Shown here piece by piece: positions 36,361 to 48,372 of a DNA stretch of 64,000 nucleotides. Both the position numbers and the translations under genes were made by a program. This DNA is from Octopus sinensis (Eukaryota): the NCBI RefSeq assembly GCF_006345805.1, contig NC_042999.1, positions 7,936,001-8,000,000 on the forward strand, read 5' to 3'. The notes beneath the pieces are model-generated. The model did no database searches. It saw only the letters and a list, made by a program, of their open reading frames with translations, and was not told where the DNA came from. Each line of letters begins with the position of its first letter. The stretch's first letter is position 1.

Positions 36361-36617
36361 TCAACAGCAGCTTTCAGAAATTCATATTTTTATTATTTGG
36401 ATAATGGGTCAACAGAATCCATTCCAGCATGGAACAAAATGCCTTGCAGTATTCTTCGTAGCTTTTCACATTTTGAGTTCAAATCCTGCTGAGGTCAACG
36501 TTTCCCCTTCATGCCTCTGGGGTTGATAAAGTAAAGGATCTGTCGAGTACAGGGTGTGACATAATTGTCAAATACCTCCCCTTAAAATTGCTGGTCCAGG
36601 CCATTATTCTTTTTATT

Positions 36618-36874
36618 AAGGTGTGCCACTGGACTGGCTCCTGTGCAGGTGGCACATAAAAAGCACCATTTGGGCATGGCTGTTTCCAATACCACCAAAC
36701 TGGCCCTCATGCCGGTGGCACATAAAAGCACCCACTACACTCTCGGAGTGGTTGGCGTTAGGAAGGGCATCCAGCTGTAGAAAATCTGCCAGATCAGATT
36801 GGAGTCTGGTTTGCCAGACTTCAGTCAAATCGTCCAACCCATGCTAGCATGGAAAGCGGATGTTAAATGATGAT
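36618..36874 (+). mobile_element. Repeat C
   Basis: Subrepeats and conserved body. Confidence 0.85.
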
Positions 36875-37069
36875 GTTTGTCGGCAGAACTTTTAGGCCAT
36901 TGGAAATAGATGACTTGCAGTATTGTTCCAATGCTGTCTGCTTTTCTCATCATCTTTTTTTAGTGGTGGGGGCTGATAAAATTAAGAACTAGAGTAGGTG
37001 ATGGAGTGAGCCCTTATTGACTAACTTCCTTCTGTAAAAACTACTGACCTTGTGCCTATATCAGAAACC

Positions 37070-37226
37070 ATTATTATTATTATTATTATTGTCTTTGCAC
37101 AGTTTCTAACACTGGAGATGTACTATGTGTTAGCTGTTCACTACCAGTGAACTAAGGTATCACCTTATTTTTCGAGCACCTTCCGGAGTATTCGAGCGGT
37201 TCCAAGCAGTGCTGTTTTCTGTTTCC
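37070..37226 (-). mobile_element. 3' end of the same Dong-like family as 16926-17830
   Basis: Reverse complement of aaaacagcactgcttggaac...gtgcaaagac(aat)n; encodes KTALLGTARILRKVLEK*. Confidence 0.85.
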
Positions 37227-37608
37227 TGCCGCTACATTCTGAGTCCAAATTCCGCCGAGGTCAACTTTGCCTTTCATCGTTTCGGGGTTGATTAAATAAG
37301 TACCAGTTATGCACTGGGGTGGACATAATCGACTTAATCCATTTGTCTGTCCTTCTTTGATCCCACTGTGTCTAGTCCCTTATGGGTAGCAAAGAAATAA
37401 GAATTGTTAGCGTGCCAGGCAAAATGATTTGCAGCATTTTATCTATTTTAACGTTCTGGGTTCAAATTCTTCTGGGGTTGACTTTGTCTTCCATCCTTTC
37501 AGGGTTAATAGTACCAGTTGATCACTTGGATTGATATAACTGACTTACCCTTTCCCCACTAAATTTCTGGCTTTTTGCCAAAATTTGAAACCAATATTAT
37601 TATTATTA

Positions 37609-37651
<43 letters not shown>

Positions 37652-37880
37652 GAAGGTGTTGAGCTGGCAAAATCATTAGCGTGCCAGACAAAAAAATATT
37701 TAACCGCACTTCATCCATCATTGTATTGTGAGTTCAAATTCCAGGGAAGTGAAATCTGCCTTTTAAACTTTTTTTTGGGGGGGGGTTGATGAAACAAGTA
37801 CCAGTTGAATACTGGGGTTGATGTAATCAGCTACACCCCACTTCCCACCATAATTACAGGCCTTGTGCTTATAGTAGAAA
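37225..37880 (+). mobile_element. Cluster of three SINE-B copies or fragments
   Basis: Repeated ttctgagt.caaatt...gtaccagtt bodies. Confidence 0.8.
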
Positions 37881-38057
37881 CGATTGTTTTTACTATTATT
37901 TTCAAGGTTATGAGAGGAGTGTTAAACTTGCTCAAGCATCAGATTAAATGTTAAAACAGCGTTTATCTTTATCCTATCGGTCGAGTTGATGCTATAAGTA
38001 CAAGGTATTGATTAAGATTTACTCTTTTTTTATAAGTGTGTAGCCTTGTAGCAATGG

Positions 38058-38540
38058 GAGTAATCATCATCATCATCAGCGTCATCGTTATCATCATCAA
38101 CATCACTGTCACCATCGTTACCACCACCACCACCGTTGTCGTCGTTGTCATCGTCATCATTATTATCAGCATTGCCATCGTTATCGTCATCATCATCATC
38201 ATCACTGTCACCATCGTTATCACCACCACTGTCATCGTCATCATTGTCATCGTCATCATTATCATCATCATCATCATCGTCAGCATCATCATCATCATCT
38301 TCATCACTGTCACCATCGTTATCACCACCACCACCACTGTCGTCGTTATCATTGTCATCGTCATCATTATCATCATCATCATCGTCGTCAGCATCATCAT
38401 CATCATCTTCATGACTGTCACCATAGTTATCGCCACCACCACCACCACCATCTTCGTCATCGTCATTGGCATCATCATTGTCATCATCATCGTCATCATC
38501 ATCATCATTGTCGTCGTCGTCGTCATCCTCATCATCATTA
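38058..38540. repeat. (CAT/CGT/CAC)n array with ~100-110-bp higher-order period
   Basis: Anchor actgtcaccat.gtta recurs at ~38104, 38202, 38305 and 38414. Confidence 0.85.
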
Positions 38541-38925
38541 TGAAGCTGGTGGAGAAGGCTCAGACAATGTTGTCAAGGCAATCGTTATCTTTGCGGATGC
38601 TCTTGTATTAACAACTCTGGAAGCATGACACATTCGCTGCATTGGCTGTTCCTGGTAGGAATCGGGGGATTCTGCGTAATGTCAGGTGTTTCTCAAGAGC
38701 CAATTAAATAAACAGCTTCCAAGTCCTTCTCAAACCTTTTAATTTAGATGAGTTGGCCAAGATAATTACAAGAGTATCTAACTTGCATCTTAGGATATTC
38801 TTTTAGGGATGAACAAAAACATAATTCGCCAATCCTCATCAGTTTTATATGAAACACATATTGAGCAAATATACAAATATGTATTGAGCAAATATAAAAC
38901 CTATATTGAGCAAATATGAAACATG

Positions 38926-39130
38926 TAATCTGGCACCTGTGTCGGTGGCATATAAAAAGCACCCACTACACTCACGGAGTGGTTGGCGTTAGGAAGGGCA
39001 TCCAGCTGTAGAAACATTGCCAGATCTGACTGGATCCTGGTGCAGCCTTTGGGCTTCCCAGACCCCAGTTGAACCGTCCAACCCATGCTAGCATGGAAAG
39101 CGGACGTTAAACGATGATGATGATGATGAT
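38926..39130 (+). mobile_element. Repeat C, 3' portion
   Basis: Conserved body plus (gat)n tail. Confidence 0.85.
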
Positions 39131-40756
39131 GTATTGAGCTTTTCTCTCTCTATTGCCTTCAAGGCAATTATTTATCAAGTAGCAAATTTGGTTTTCCATA
39201 ATTTCAGCTCTATTTTTGTTTTTTAAATTGAAATTGATATGGAATGTCGAAGAGACCACTGAAGCGTGATGGGTTAAAAGGGATGCCTATGAAAAGATTA
39301 AAATAGATTCTTGTTTATGCCAGCCTTAAAAGTAAACAATTCATAATGGCCACCCAAAAACATGATGGAAGAGCACAGTTCAAAGCTGCTCAATTATGTT
39401 TAAGCAAAGTATACTTCTGTCTTTATATTAACATCAAGCCATCAGAGGTCTTTTGCTCTTCGAAACATTCATCAATCATTTTAACTACACGTCCACATAA
39501 CCATCTTTTCATGTAAACAATTTATGAGGTTTCTAAATTCCATTTATGAATATTAATATCTACAAACCCCACTGCAAATGCAAAGTTTGCATCTTAACTG
39601 GGAAACTATTTTGTCACAAGTAATACATCATATTGGCAACTTCATTTAATTCTTCATACAAAATTTAGTTTATATTATAAGAAAATATACCAAGCACTAA
39701 GTGAGTAATCTACTGGGTAAAAATATTTAAATTATGGTAAATAGTCAGATATTTTCCCAATTTTGGGGTCAGACAATGTCAAATTAAAAATAAAAATGAC
39801 TTGGGGATTGAGGTTTTCAACTTTGACAGAGCCACAAAATACATTTATTTAGGTCAGCTTACTGTACTGAAATGTTCTAAGGTAAACTATCAGAGTAGAT
39901 ATAAAGTAAGGTTTGTATTATAATAACATACAAAGATCATTATTTCATATATTTGAAATAAATATAGATCAAAAATTTTCACTAAGTGCTGCCATTACGA
40001 GAAATATCTACTGAAACACTGAAAGATCATACTAACACTTGAGTGAAAAGATCAATACTTCATTATTTCCCAGGAGTAATCACACCATATACTTTCTTCA
40101 ATCTTTAACCCACTAACAAATTCCAAGTCCCTTAGGCTCTGTTATTTACAGCATCAATTCCAGTAACTCTCTGCATCATACATCAACAATAATCTCATTG
40201 ATAATTCATAATTGCAGTCCTTTAACTTTTGACATTCACCAACATATAATAACAGTTTGTTGTAAATTATTAGATCAAGATGTACATCAGAATTGGTATA
40301 GATTTTCTGCCTGTGATCTTTCTGACCAACGATGTTAATTCGTTTATTCCTAAGATTTGCTTGTACATATCTTTTTCTGGTGATATATTTCGTAGCATTT
40401 ACCATACACAATAGGAGTTGAGCTTGAAAAGCAAACACGGTTGATACAAGCATCAAATCTTATAGAATTTAAGCTTCCAAATAATAAATCAAACCCTGCA
40501 TTCTGTCACGTGTTGAGGACTTTGTTGAACGTGGCACTTTTCCTTTCTTGCAAATTGAGAAAATATTTTCAGATGTGTGTGTATGTGTGTGGTTGTGTGT
40601 GTGTGAGTGTGTGTGTGTGAGTGTGTGTGTGTGGCTGTGTGTGAGTGTGTGTGTATGTGTGCGCATGTGTGTGTGTGGATGTGTGTGTGTGTGAGTGTGT
40701 GTGTGTTAGAGCGTGTGTATGTGAGTGTGTTTCCAACAAAAACCTGTTGTATGTGT

Positions 40757-41015
40757 GAGGGTGTCTAGCCTAGTGGTTAATGTGTTGCATTCATGATGGC
40801 AGGATTGTGGTTTCAATTCTTGGGCCGGCTTGGTGAATTGTATTCTTGAGTAATATCCATCTCATTCTGCTTCGCAATCACTTCGACACATGACATGTGG
40901 TACACATGACATGGGGTACACATGACATGTGGTACACAGTGCACCTGTTCAGGTAACGTTGATTTAATGGTGTGAGCAGAACGTATATGTGATCACTAGA
41001 AACAAATCATTTGTG
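40757..41015 (+). mobile_element. tRNA-headed SINE with internal 16-bp triplication
   Basis: gagggtgtctagcctagtggttaa...ggtttcaattc; (acacatgacatgtggt)x3 at 40886-40933. Confidence 0.65.
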
Positions 41016-41231
41016 CCAGTTTGGATGATGCTTTTTATGTGCCACTGGCATGGGGAGCCATGACTCCAATTTCCGTTTGATTTGATTTTGATGATGATGA
41101 TGATATATTTGATTCAATAGGTCTCCTCAAGTGCAGCATCTCACCCTACTATGCAAAGGTACTTTTTGAGTGGGTTGGTTATGTGACACTGGCGTAGGTG
41201 ACAGCTGTGATCTCACTTTATTTTCCAGGTC

Positions 41232-41269
<38 letters not shown>

Positions 41270-41271
<2 letters not shown>

Positions 41272-41480
41272 GATAGATCGTTAGCCACTACACACATTTT
41301 TTCTCTCCTTTTGTTTTCTTCTTGTTTCTCTCCTTGTTTTTTCTGTGTCCCTTTCTGTAGAAGAGCAAAGACTCAAAATGTAAAAGACTTTTTCTGTTCC
41401 TGAGCTTTATACTAATACATCTGTTTGTTTTGTACACCACCTGTCTTTTGTATTTTTCGTAAACTCTCCCTATATATATA
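41270..41480 (+). mobile_element. HH2 element, decayed hammerhead motif
   Basis: cttt-ctgtaga-a-gagc-aaag-actc-aaaa-tgt-a-aaag at 41351-41386; flanked by (TA)n. Confidence 0.6.
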
Positions 41481-41613
41481 TTTATAGATAGTAAATAGGG
41501 TAATAGAAAAATAAATTATTATTACCAGTGACCCAGCACAAAAGACAATTAGTCATTAGACTATAAATTATTCATATAGAAATACAAAAAAAAAGGCTTC
41601 CAAATAAAGAAGC

Positions 41614-41652
<39 letters not shown>

Positions 41653-42580
41653 ACAAGAAATAATATTTATCTCTTGTTTCTGTTCTATAACCAAAGATTC
41701 TTTATATATATATATATATATATATATCAAACCACACACATTTTTGCACTTATACACATCTTCATTGCCATTCACACCTGTATTGGGATAAAAGTTCACC
41801 TAATATATATGTTAACTAAATAATCTATGTTGAACTCTGGAGAAATATCATTACAATCCATTTATTATTTGTTCAGATAAATCTTTCCATAAACCATTGA
41901 ATTTACCATCATCATCATCATCATCATCATCATCACTACCATTATCATCTTTATCATTTTGGGTCTTCATCCTATACCAAGATGTGGGAATAGATGATGA
42001 CAATGGCAGCATATGATGGCCAGGATGAATACAATGATTTATGACGAGAATTCTGAGAAAATTCTTTTAATTTTTACATCATTATAAATCAAAACTCTAG
42101 ATTTGTAATGAAACTGCTATTTCCTTGAATATTTATGCGTTATCCCACACATGCATTCCTCTCATTATATCATTATTCTAATCAAACCGTAATTTTTATT
42201 GAGAAGTCATACACTTGCAACTCAATTAACAATTTTGTAAGCATTGCAATTAATTTTGTTCATTTCAATTTTTACGTGTTTAAGATAAAAACCAGTTCAT
42301 GTTTTTTTTGGATTCTTATCAAGGCCTGTTGCTTTCCTTTATTCATTTCACTTATTTCCCCAGCAAGTTGAACTCTTTCTTGGATGGACCTGTTATATTA
42401 TTGTTGTAGTAATTAATTTTTTAATCAAAAACTTAATTAGTAATCAAATGTAGTATGCTACTCAGTACAGTTATAGAACATACCATGAAACATATCAATT
42501 AATTTTAGATTAGAAAATTAAGGTGCAGCCAAGGCAATGCAGTTAAGAAGTTGGTTTCCCAGTCACAGGATTTTGGGTTC

Positions 42581-43185
42581 GGATGGTGGCGAGCTGGCAG
42601 AAACTTTAGCACGCTGGGCGAAATGCTTACCGATATTTTGTCTGCTGTTACGTTCTGAGTTCAAATTCTGCCAAAGTCGACTTTGCCTTTCATCCTTTTG
42701 GGGTTGATTAAATAAGTACCAGTTACGCACTGGGGTTGATATAATCAACTTAATCCGTTTCGCTGTCCTTGTTTGTCCCCTCTGTGTGTAGCCCCTTGTG
42801 AGTAGTAAAGAAATAGGTATTTTGTCTGCCACTACATTCTGAGTTCAAATTCCACCAAGGTTGACTATAACTTTCATCCTTTCAAGGTTTATTAAATAAG
42901 TACCAGTTACGCACTGGGGTCGATATAATCGACTTAATCCATTTGTCTGTACTTGTTTGTCCTCTCTGTTTTTAGCCCCTTGCGGGTAGTAAAGAAATAG
43001 GTATTTTGTCTGTCTTTACGTTCTGAGTTCAAATTCCGCCAAGGTCGACTTTGCCTTTCATCCTTTGGGGTTTGATTAAATAAGTACCAGTTATGCACTG
43101 AGGTTGATGAAATCGACATAGTTCCTTTGTCTGTCCTTGTTTGTCCCCTCTATGTTTAGCCCCTATGTGGGCAAAAAAGAATTAA
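42581..43185 (+). mobile_element. SINE-B trimer inserted into a SINE-A head
   Basis: One head and three bodies joined at gtaaagaaata|ggtattttgtctg; flanks gattttgggttc / gattctgggttc. Confidence 0.85.
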
Positions 43186-43542
43186 TGATTCTGGGTTCAG
43201 TTCCACTGTGTGGTACCATTGGCAAGTGTTTTTTATAGCCCTGGGTCAGCCAAACCTTGTGACAGGATTTGCAGAAGAAATTGAGTGAAGCCTCCTGTAT
43301 GCATGTGTGTGTGTGTGTGTATGCGCACATCACCTTGTCTTGATTCGTGTGATTGATGAAAATGAATGTCATTCTTTTCCAATATTCTGCAAAAACAGTC
43401 CTGGCCATGGGAGAATATTACCTTGGTTGGAAAAGCCATTATGGTTGGCCAAAAGGAGAGGCCTCCATCTGCAAAAGAAATCTGACTCAATAAACTCTGA
43501 CCCATTCAAGCATGGAGAAAATGAATTCTTTTTTTCTTTTAT

Positions 43543-43914
43543 TCTTTTACTCGTTTTAGTCATTTGACTGCGGCCATGCTGGAGCATTGCCTTTTTAGTC
43601 GAGCAAATTGACCTAGGACTTATTCTTTGTAAGCCTAGTACTTATTACATTGGTCTCTTTTGCTGAACCTCTAAGTTACAGGGACGTAAACACACCAGCA
43701 TTGGTGAGGGGACAAACACAGACACACAATATACATACATATATATGGATATATATATATATATATGATGGGCTTCTTTCAATTTCTGTCTACCAAATCC
43801 ATTCAAAAGGCTTGGGTCGGCCTGATGCTATAGTAGGAGACATTTGCCCAAGGTGCCACGCAGTGGGACTGAACCCAGAACCATGTGGTTGGTGAGCACA
43901 GCCACTCCTGTGCC
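43543..43914 (-). mobile_element. SINE-A, near full length
   Basis: Reverse complement of the family sequence. Confidence 0.9.
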
Positions 43915-44726
43915 TAATGCTAAATGATGATGAATATTTTTTTTTAAACTTTCTATGGAATATATTCAGAGCTATAAATCCCACACAAAATAGATTCTTT
44001 GACAAACAAAGAATTTCTTTTGAACTAGTAGTCAGAACCTTGCACTCTCCCTCAACCAGATTATACATGCATAAGAGATTATCCAGGTGAGATTATCCAA
44101 AAATTTATATGCAACACTTCCTAATTCACACCTCTGCCTCCAAAATTGAAAATAATTTTCAAAAAAGGTGTAAAAAAATTACAAGAAAAGAAAGATATTT
44201 ATCAAAAAACTTAGTAATTTAATGTTCTTTGTTGCAATAATTTCAGAAAAGTTGGGGAAATATCAAAACACACAACATTCCCTGCCAGAATGAATGATTA
44301 GAAACATTATCGAATAAAAAATAAGATTAATATGGATTAATTAAGATTAGCCTGCAAGCTCTACAAATACATTTAACTAATGAAAGGATTGACTTAGTTT
44401 CTCGGTAGAATTATTAAAAGATATTTGAACTAGAAACAGTATTTAGTTTGCCATCACAAAGTACCTTTCTGATTTGCTTTAACTTTTGATAATGTTCTCT
44501 GAAACAAGTTCAAATAATTGATTGAACTTGATTCTGTTGACTCCTTTTCTTCAGCTGTGGTTTTTTTTTCCAGTTAAATTAAAAGCCATTGGTGGACTTG
44601 TGCCATCAAGGGACAATTTTATCATCATCACGGGTGCAGACATAGTATCAGGTTCAGTCCCACTGTGTGGTACCTTAGGAGAGTATCACCTATTACATTC
44701 TGGGCTAACTAAAGCCTTGTGAATGG

Positions 44727-44962
44727 TTAAGGCGGCGAGCTGGCAGAATCGTCAGCACGCCGGGTGAAATGCGTAGCCGTATTTCGTCTGCCGTTACGTT
44801 CTGAGTTCAAATTCCGCTGAGGTCGACTTTGCCTTTCATCCTTTCGGGGTCAATAAATTAAGTACCAGTTACACACTGTGGTCGATGTAATCGACTTAAT
44901 CTGTTTGTCTGTCCTTGTTTGTCCCCTCTGTGTTTAGCCCCTTGTGGGCAATAAAGAAATAT
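44727..44962 (+). mobile_element. SINE-B inserted into SINE-A with 17-bp TSD
   Basis: taaagccttgtgaatgg at 44710-44726 and 44963-44979. Confidence 0.9.
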
Positions 44963-45312
44963 TAAAGCCTTGTGAATGGATTTGGTAAGCAGAAACTAAA
45001 AGAAGCCCTTCACTCACACACACACACACACACGGGAGTAGGGGTGATGTTTGTAAATAAGCATAATTGTTGTACAAGTGGTGCAGTTTGATTCCAGTCT
45101 TTCATGAAAAACATGTCATCATGGTGGTGGTGGTGGTGTGGGGGGGATACAACCTTACTTGAAAGCAAGTGAGGATTGGTGACAGGAAGAGCATCCGGTC
45201 AGAGAAAATCTGCCCCAATGAATGCTTATCGACCCATGAGAGCATAGGAAAGTGGACATTAATGATGATTGTTATCAGTATTTCTATTATAGTAATTAAT
45301 AATTATATAGTA

Positions 45313-45345
<33 letters not shown>

Positions 45346-45350
<5 letters not shown>

Positions 45351-45558
45351 TATTCAGACAAATGCATAACAGAATCACCAGGATTTACAAACACATATAA
45401 CATACAGAAAATTGCACTACTAGGCACTGTGCACATCCTACGCAGAACACTCTCAATACAGTAACCATAAGAGCACCACAACAAACCACAGCACATACCC
45501 AAGGCACACAGAGCTGCGCTCGGTAGTGAAGTGAAAGCACGTTATAAAAATAAAACTA

Positions 45559-45561
<3 letters not shown>
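45346..45561 (+). mobile_element. Dong-like LINE extreme 3' end within (TAA)n
   Basis: NIQKIALLGTVHILRRTLSIQ* plus 3' UTR; (taa)n on both sides. Confidence 0.8.
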
Positions 45562-45627
<66 letters not shown>

Positions 45628-46341
45628 TAATAATAAAATCTCAGATTTGATAATTAAAAATTACAGTTTTCATCCTTTGTTGAGAAGTATGTATTGTAAG
45701 ATGAAAACAAAATTGTTCCAGACACCTCTTGAAACCAATTCCTTGCCTGTTGTACACCAAATATTCAGTGAACCAGCAGAATTCTTAAAGCATTGGCCAA
45801 AATGTCGAGTAGTATTTTTTCCAATTCTGAACGTTTTGAGTTCAGATTCTGCATTTGTCTATTTTACCTTCTGGACATGTGTCTATGTTAGAAAATATTA
45901 ATGGTGCCAGTTATAGGAACATTATTCTGCAATTAATGAAATTTAATTACTCTGAGTATTGTCATAATTAATGTTTCTCGTACCACTCTGATAAGTATCA
46001 TTTGTCTTCTTAAAATGGAATATATGAAATTATTCATTCCATTGTCCAGATGCTGACGAAAACCTGACTAAACATATTCCGGTACCAGATTACCGTTTAT
46101 TCATGTCCCATATTTGTAGTAAAACAAAAGAACCTTTCTCTCCAACTGCTTGATGTATCTTCCACGAATTAATGACATTACAAGTTCTATTGACGTGATT
46201 TCCAATTATAAATTAGATTAAGGTAAATGACATGAAAAACTGGGACTGTTTTCATCAGTGAAAGACAATTAAGATAATTAATAAAACCAAATCAGTGGGA
46301 AGGAAAAACATTGTCTTATATCCTTCAGCTATATTCATAGA

Positions 46342-46817
46342 CATCGAAATCGAAATTGAACCACATTCGATGACTGGCACCCATGCTAGTGGAGTGCTAA
46401 CAGCTCCATCCAAGCAGGATCACTGCCAGAACAGCTGTCTGGCACATAAAGAGAACCATTTGAGCGTGATCATTGTCAGCGTCACCTCACTGGCACTTGT
46501 GCCGGTGGCATGTGAACAAAACATTCGAGCGAGGTTGTTGCCAGTGCCACTGGATTGACTCCTGTGCAGGTGACACGTAAAAAATACCATTTTCGAGTGT
46601 GGCTGTTGCCAGTACCACCTGACTGGCCCTTGTGGTGGTGGCACTTTAAAAGCACCCACTACACTCTCGGAGTGGTTGGCGTTAGGAAGGGCATCCAGCT
46701 GTAGAAACTCTGCCAGATCAGATTGGAGCCTGGTGCAGCCATCTGGTTCACCAACCCTCAGTCAAATCGTCCAACCCATGCTAGCATGGAAAGCGGATGT
46801 TAAATGATGATGATGAT
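46342..46817 (+). mobile_element. Repeat C
   Basis: atcgaaatcgaaattgaacc start, subrepeats, body, (gat)n tail. Confidence 0.85.
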
Positions 46818-47954
46818 ATATATATATGTACGATGGGCTTCTTTCAGTTTCCGTCTACCAAATCCACTCACAAGGCTTTGGTCAGCCCGAGGCAATAGTA
46901 GAAGACACTTACCCAAGGTGCCACACAGTGGAACTTAACCCGGAACCATGTGGTTGGTAAGCAAGCTACTTACCACACAGCCACTCCCACACCTATTATG
47001 CTAATAGTATGTTAATCCTTCTTCCAATGAAGATCACACGGGGCAATGTCGTATTATTCTATAATTAGTGAAAAGACAGTCAAATCGACATTTGCATGTC
47101 TGAAATATTGAGTTCAGAACCACTTGTAGGAAAGTACCAGTAATATACTGGGGGTTTATCTAAGAAGAATACAGAGTTTCATCTGAGAAGAGTACATTTG
47201 TCTTTCCGTCAATTCTACAGACACTGAATTCAGAGGGGCCTGATATTTCGTGGAAGAAATATTATTAAGCCTCTGGCACTAATTAGAACGATTCTTCACA
47301 TAAAACATTATTCTTTGAGAAAGAGTTGGAAAAAAAAGAATCAAAACAACAACAACAATAACAATAGAATTTTAATTGGTAACAGGTGTTTTCTGTTTAA
47401 TGATTAACTGTAAAATTTCCTAATATATCATTCCTTTTATACCATAACGTATAATTCTAATTTATAGATGTTTCTTCCATATTTTAGAATTAAAACAATA
47501 ATTTGCTGCCAATTTATAACCTCATCTAATTAATATTAAACACAAATATTCACTTTGCTTTGATATTAACAATGTTTAGAATTAAATGAATATGAGTGAT
47601 AACCAAATTGTATCTCTCCCCCACATGCAAAAATAGGTTATACACATGTTCTAAAATATATTTCAAAATTAGTTTACCTTACTAAGAGCAGCTGATGACA
47701 GAGTCCCAAGATTACTGGACAAATGTTACTTACGTTCCTCTAAGTTGTGATTGAAAATTCAATAAGGCATGGGGGCAGCTGTGTGGTGAGAAGCTTGCCC
47801 AAAGTGTGCCATGCAATGGATCTGATCCTAGAGTCATGCAATTAGGAAGCAAGCTTCTAACCACTCAGCTACTCCCGTGCCTTGTTGAATTTATTTGATT
47901 CCATGAACCACAATCCTTGGATAATACTTATTTTGGATAATAATACTAATCTTG

Positions 47955-48136
47955 ATACAGTTCTATATTTAAGAGATGAGGAATTATGTACATTATTTAC
48001 ATTATTTACATTTGATGGATATTTGTCTTCATCTTGTTTGTTGTTAACACAATGTTTCGGCTGATATAACCTCCAGCGTTCATCAGGTGTCTTGGGGAAA
48101 TTTCTAGCTGAATTGAGTTCAATTCCAGGTAGGTAA

Positions 48137-48204
<68 letters not shown>

Positions 48205-48206
48205 TA

Positions 48207-48241
<35 letters not shown>

Positions 48242-48372
48242 TCGAAAAATTACCTTAGGAATGAGAACCCAAGTTCGAAATTTCCCCTAAGACACCTGAT
48301 GAAGGCTGGAGAATATATCAGCCAAAAGGTTGTTAACAACAAACAAGATGAGGACAAATATCCATCAAATGT
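47955..48372. mobile_element. Inverted dimer of hammerhead-bearing SINE-like element (HH1) with 16-bp TSD
   Basis: TSD aataatactaatcttg at 47939-47954 and 48373-48388; CTGATGA-a-stem-GAAA-type motif on each arm. Confidence 0.8.

Noticed and set aside
42412-42523. ~28-bp imperfect inverted repeat
   Set aside because: Almost entirely A/T, so expected by chance.
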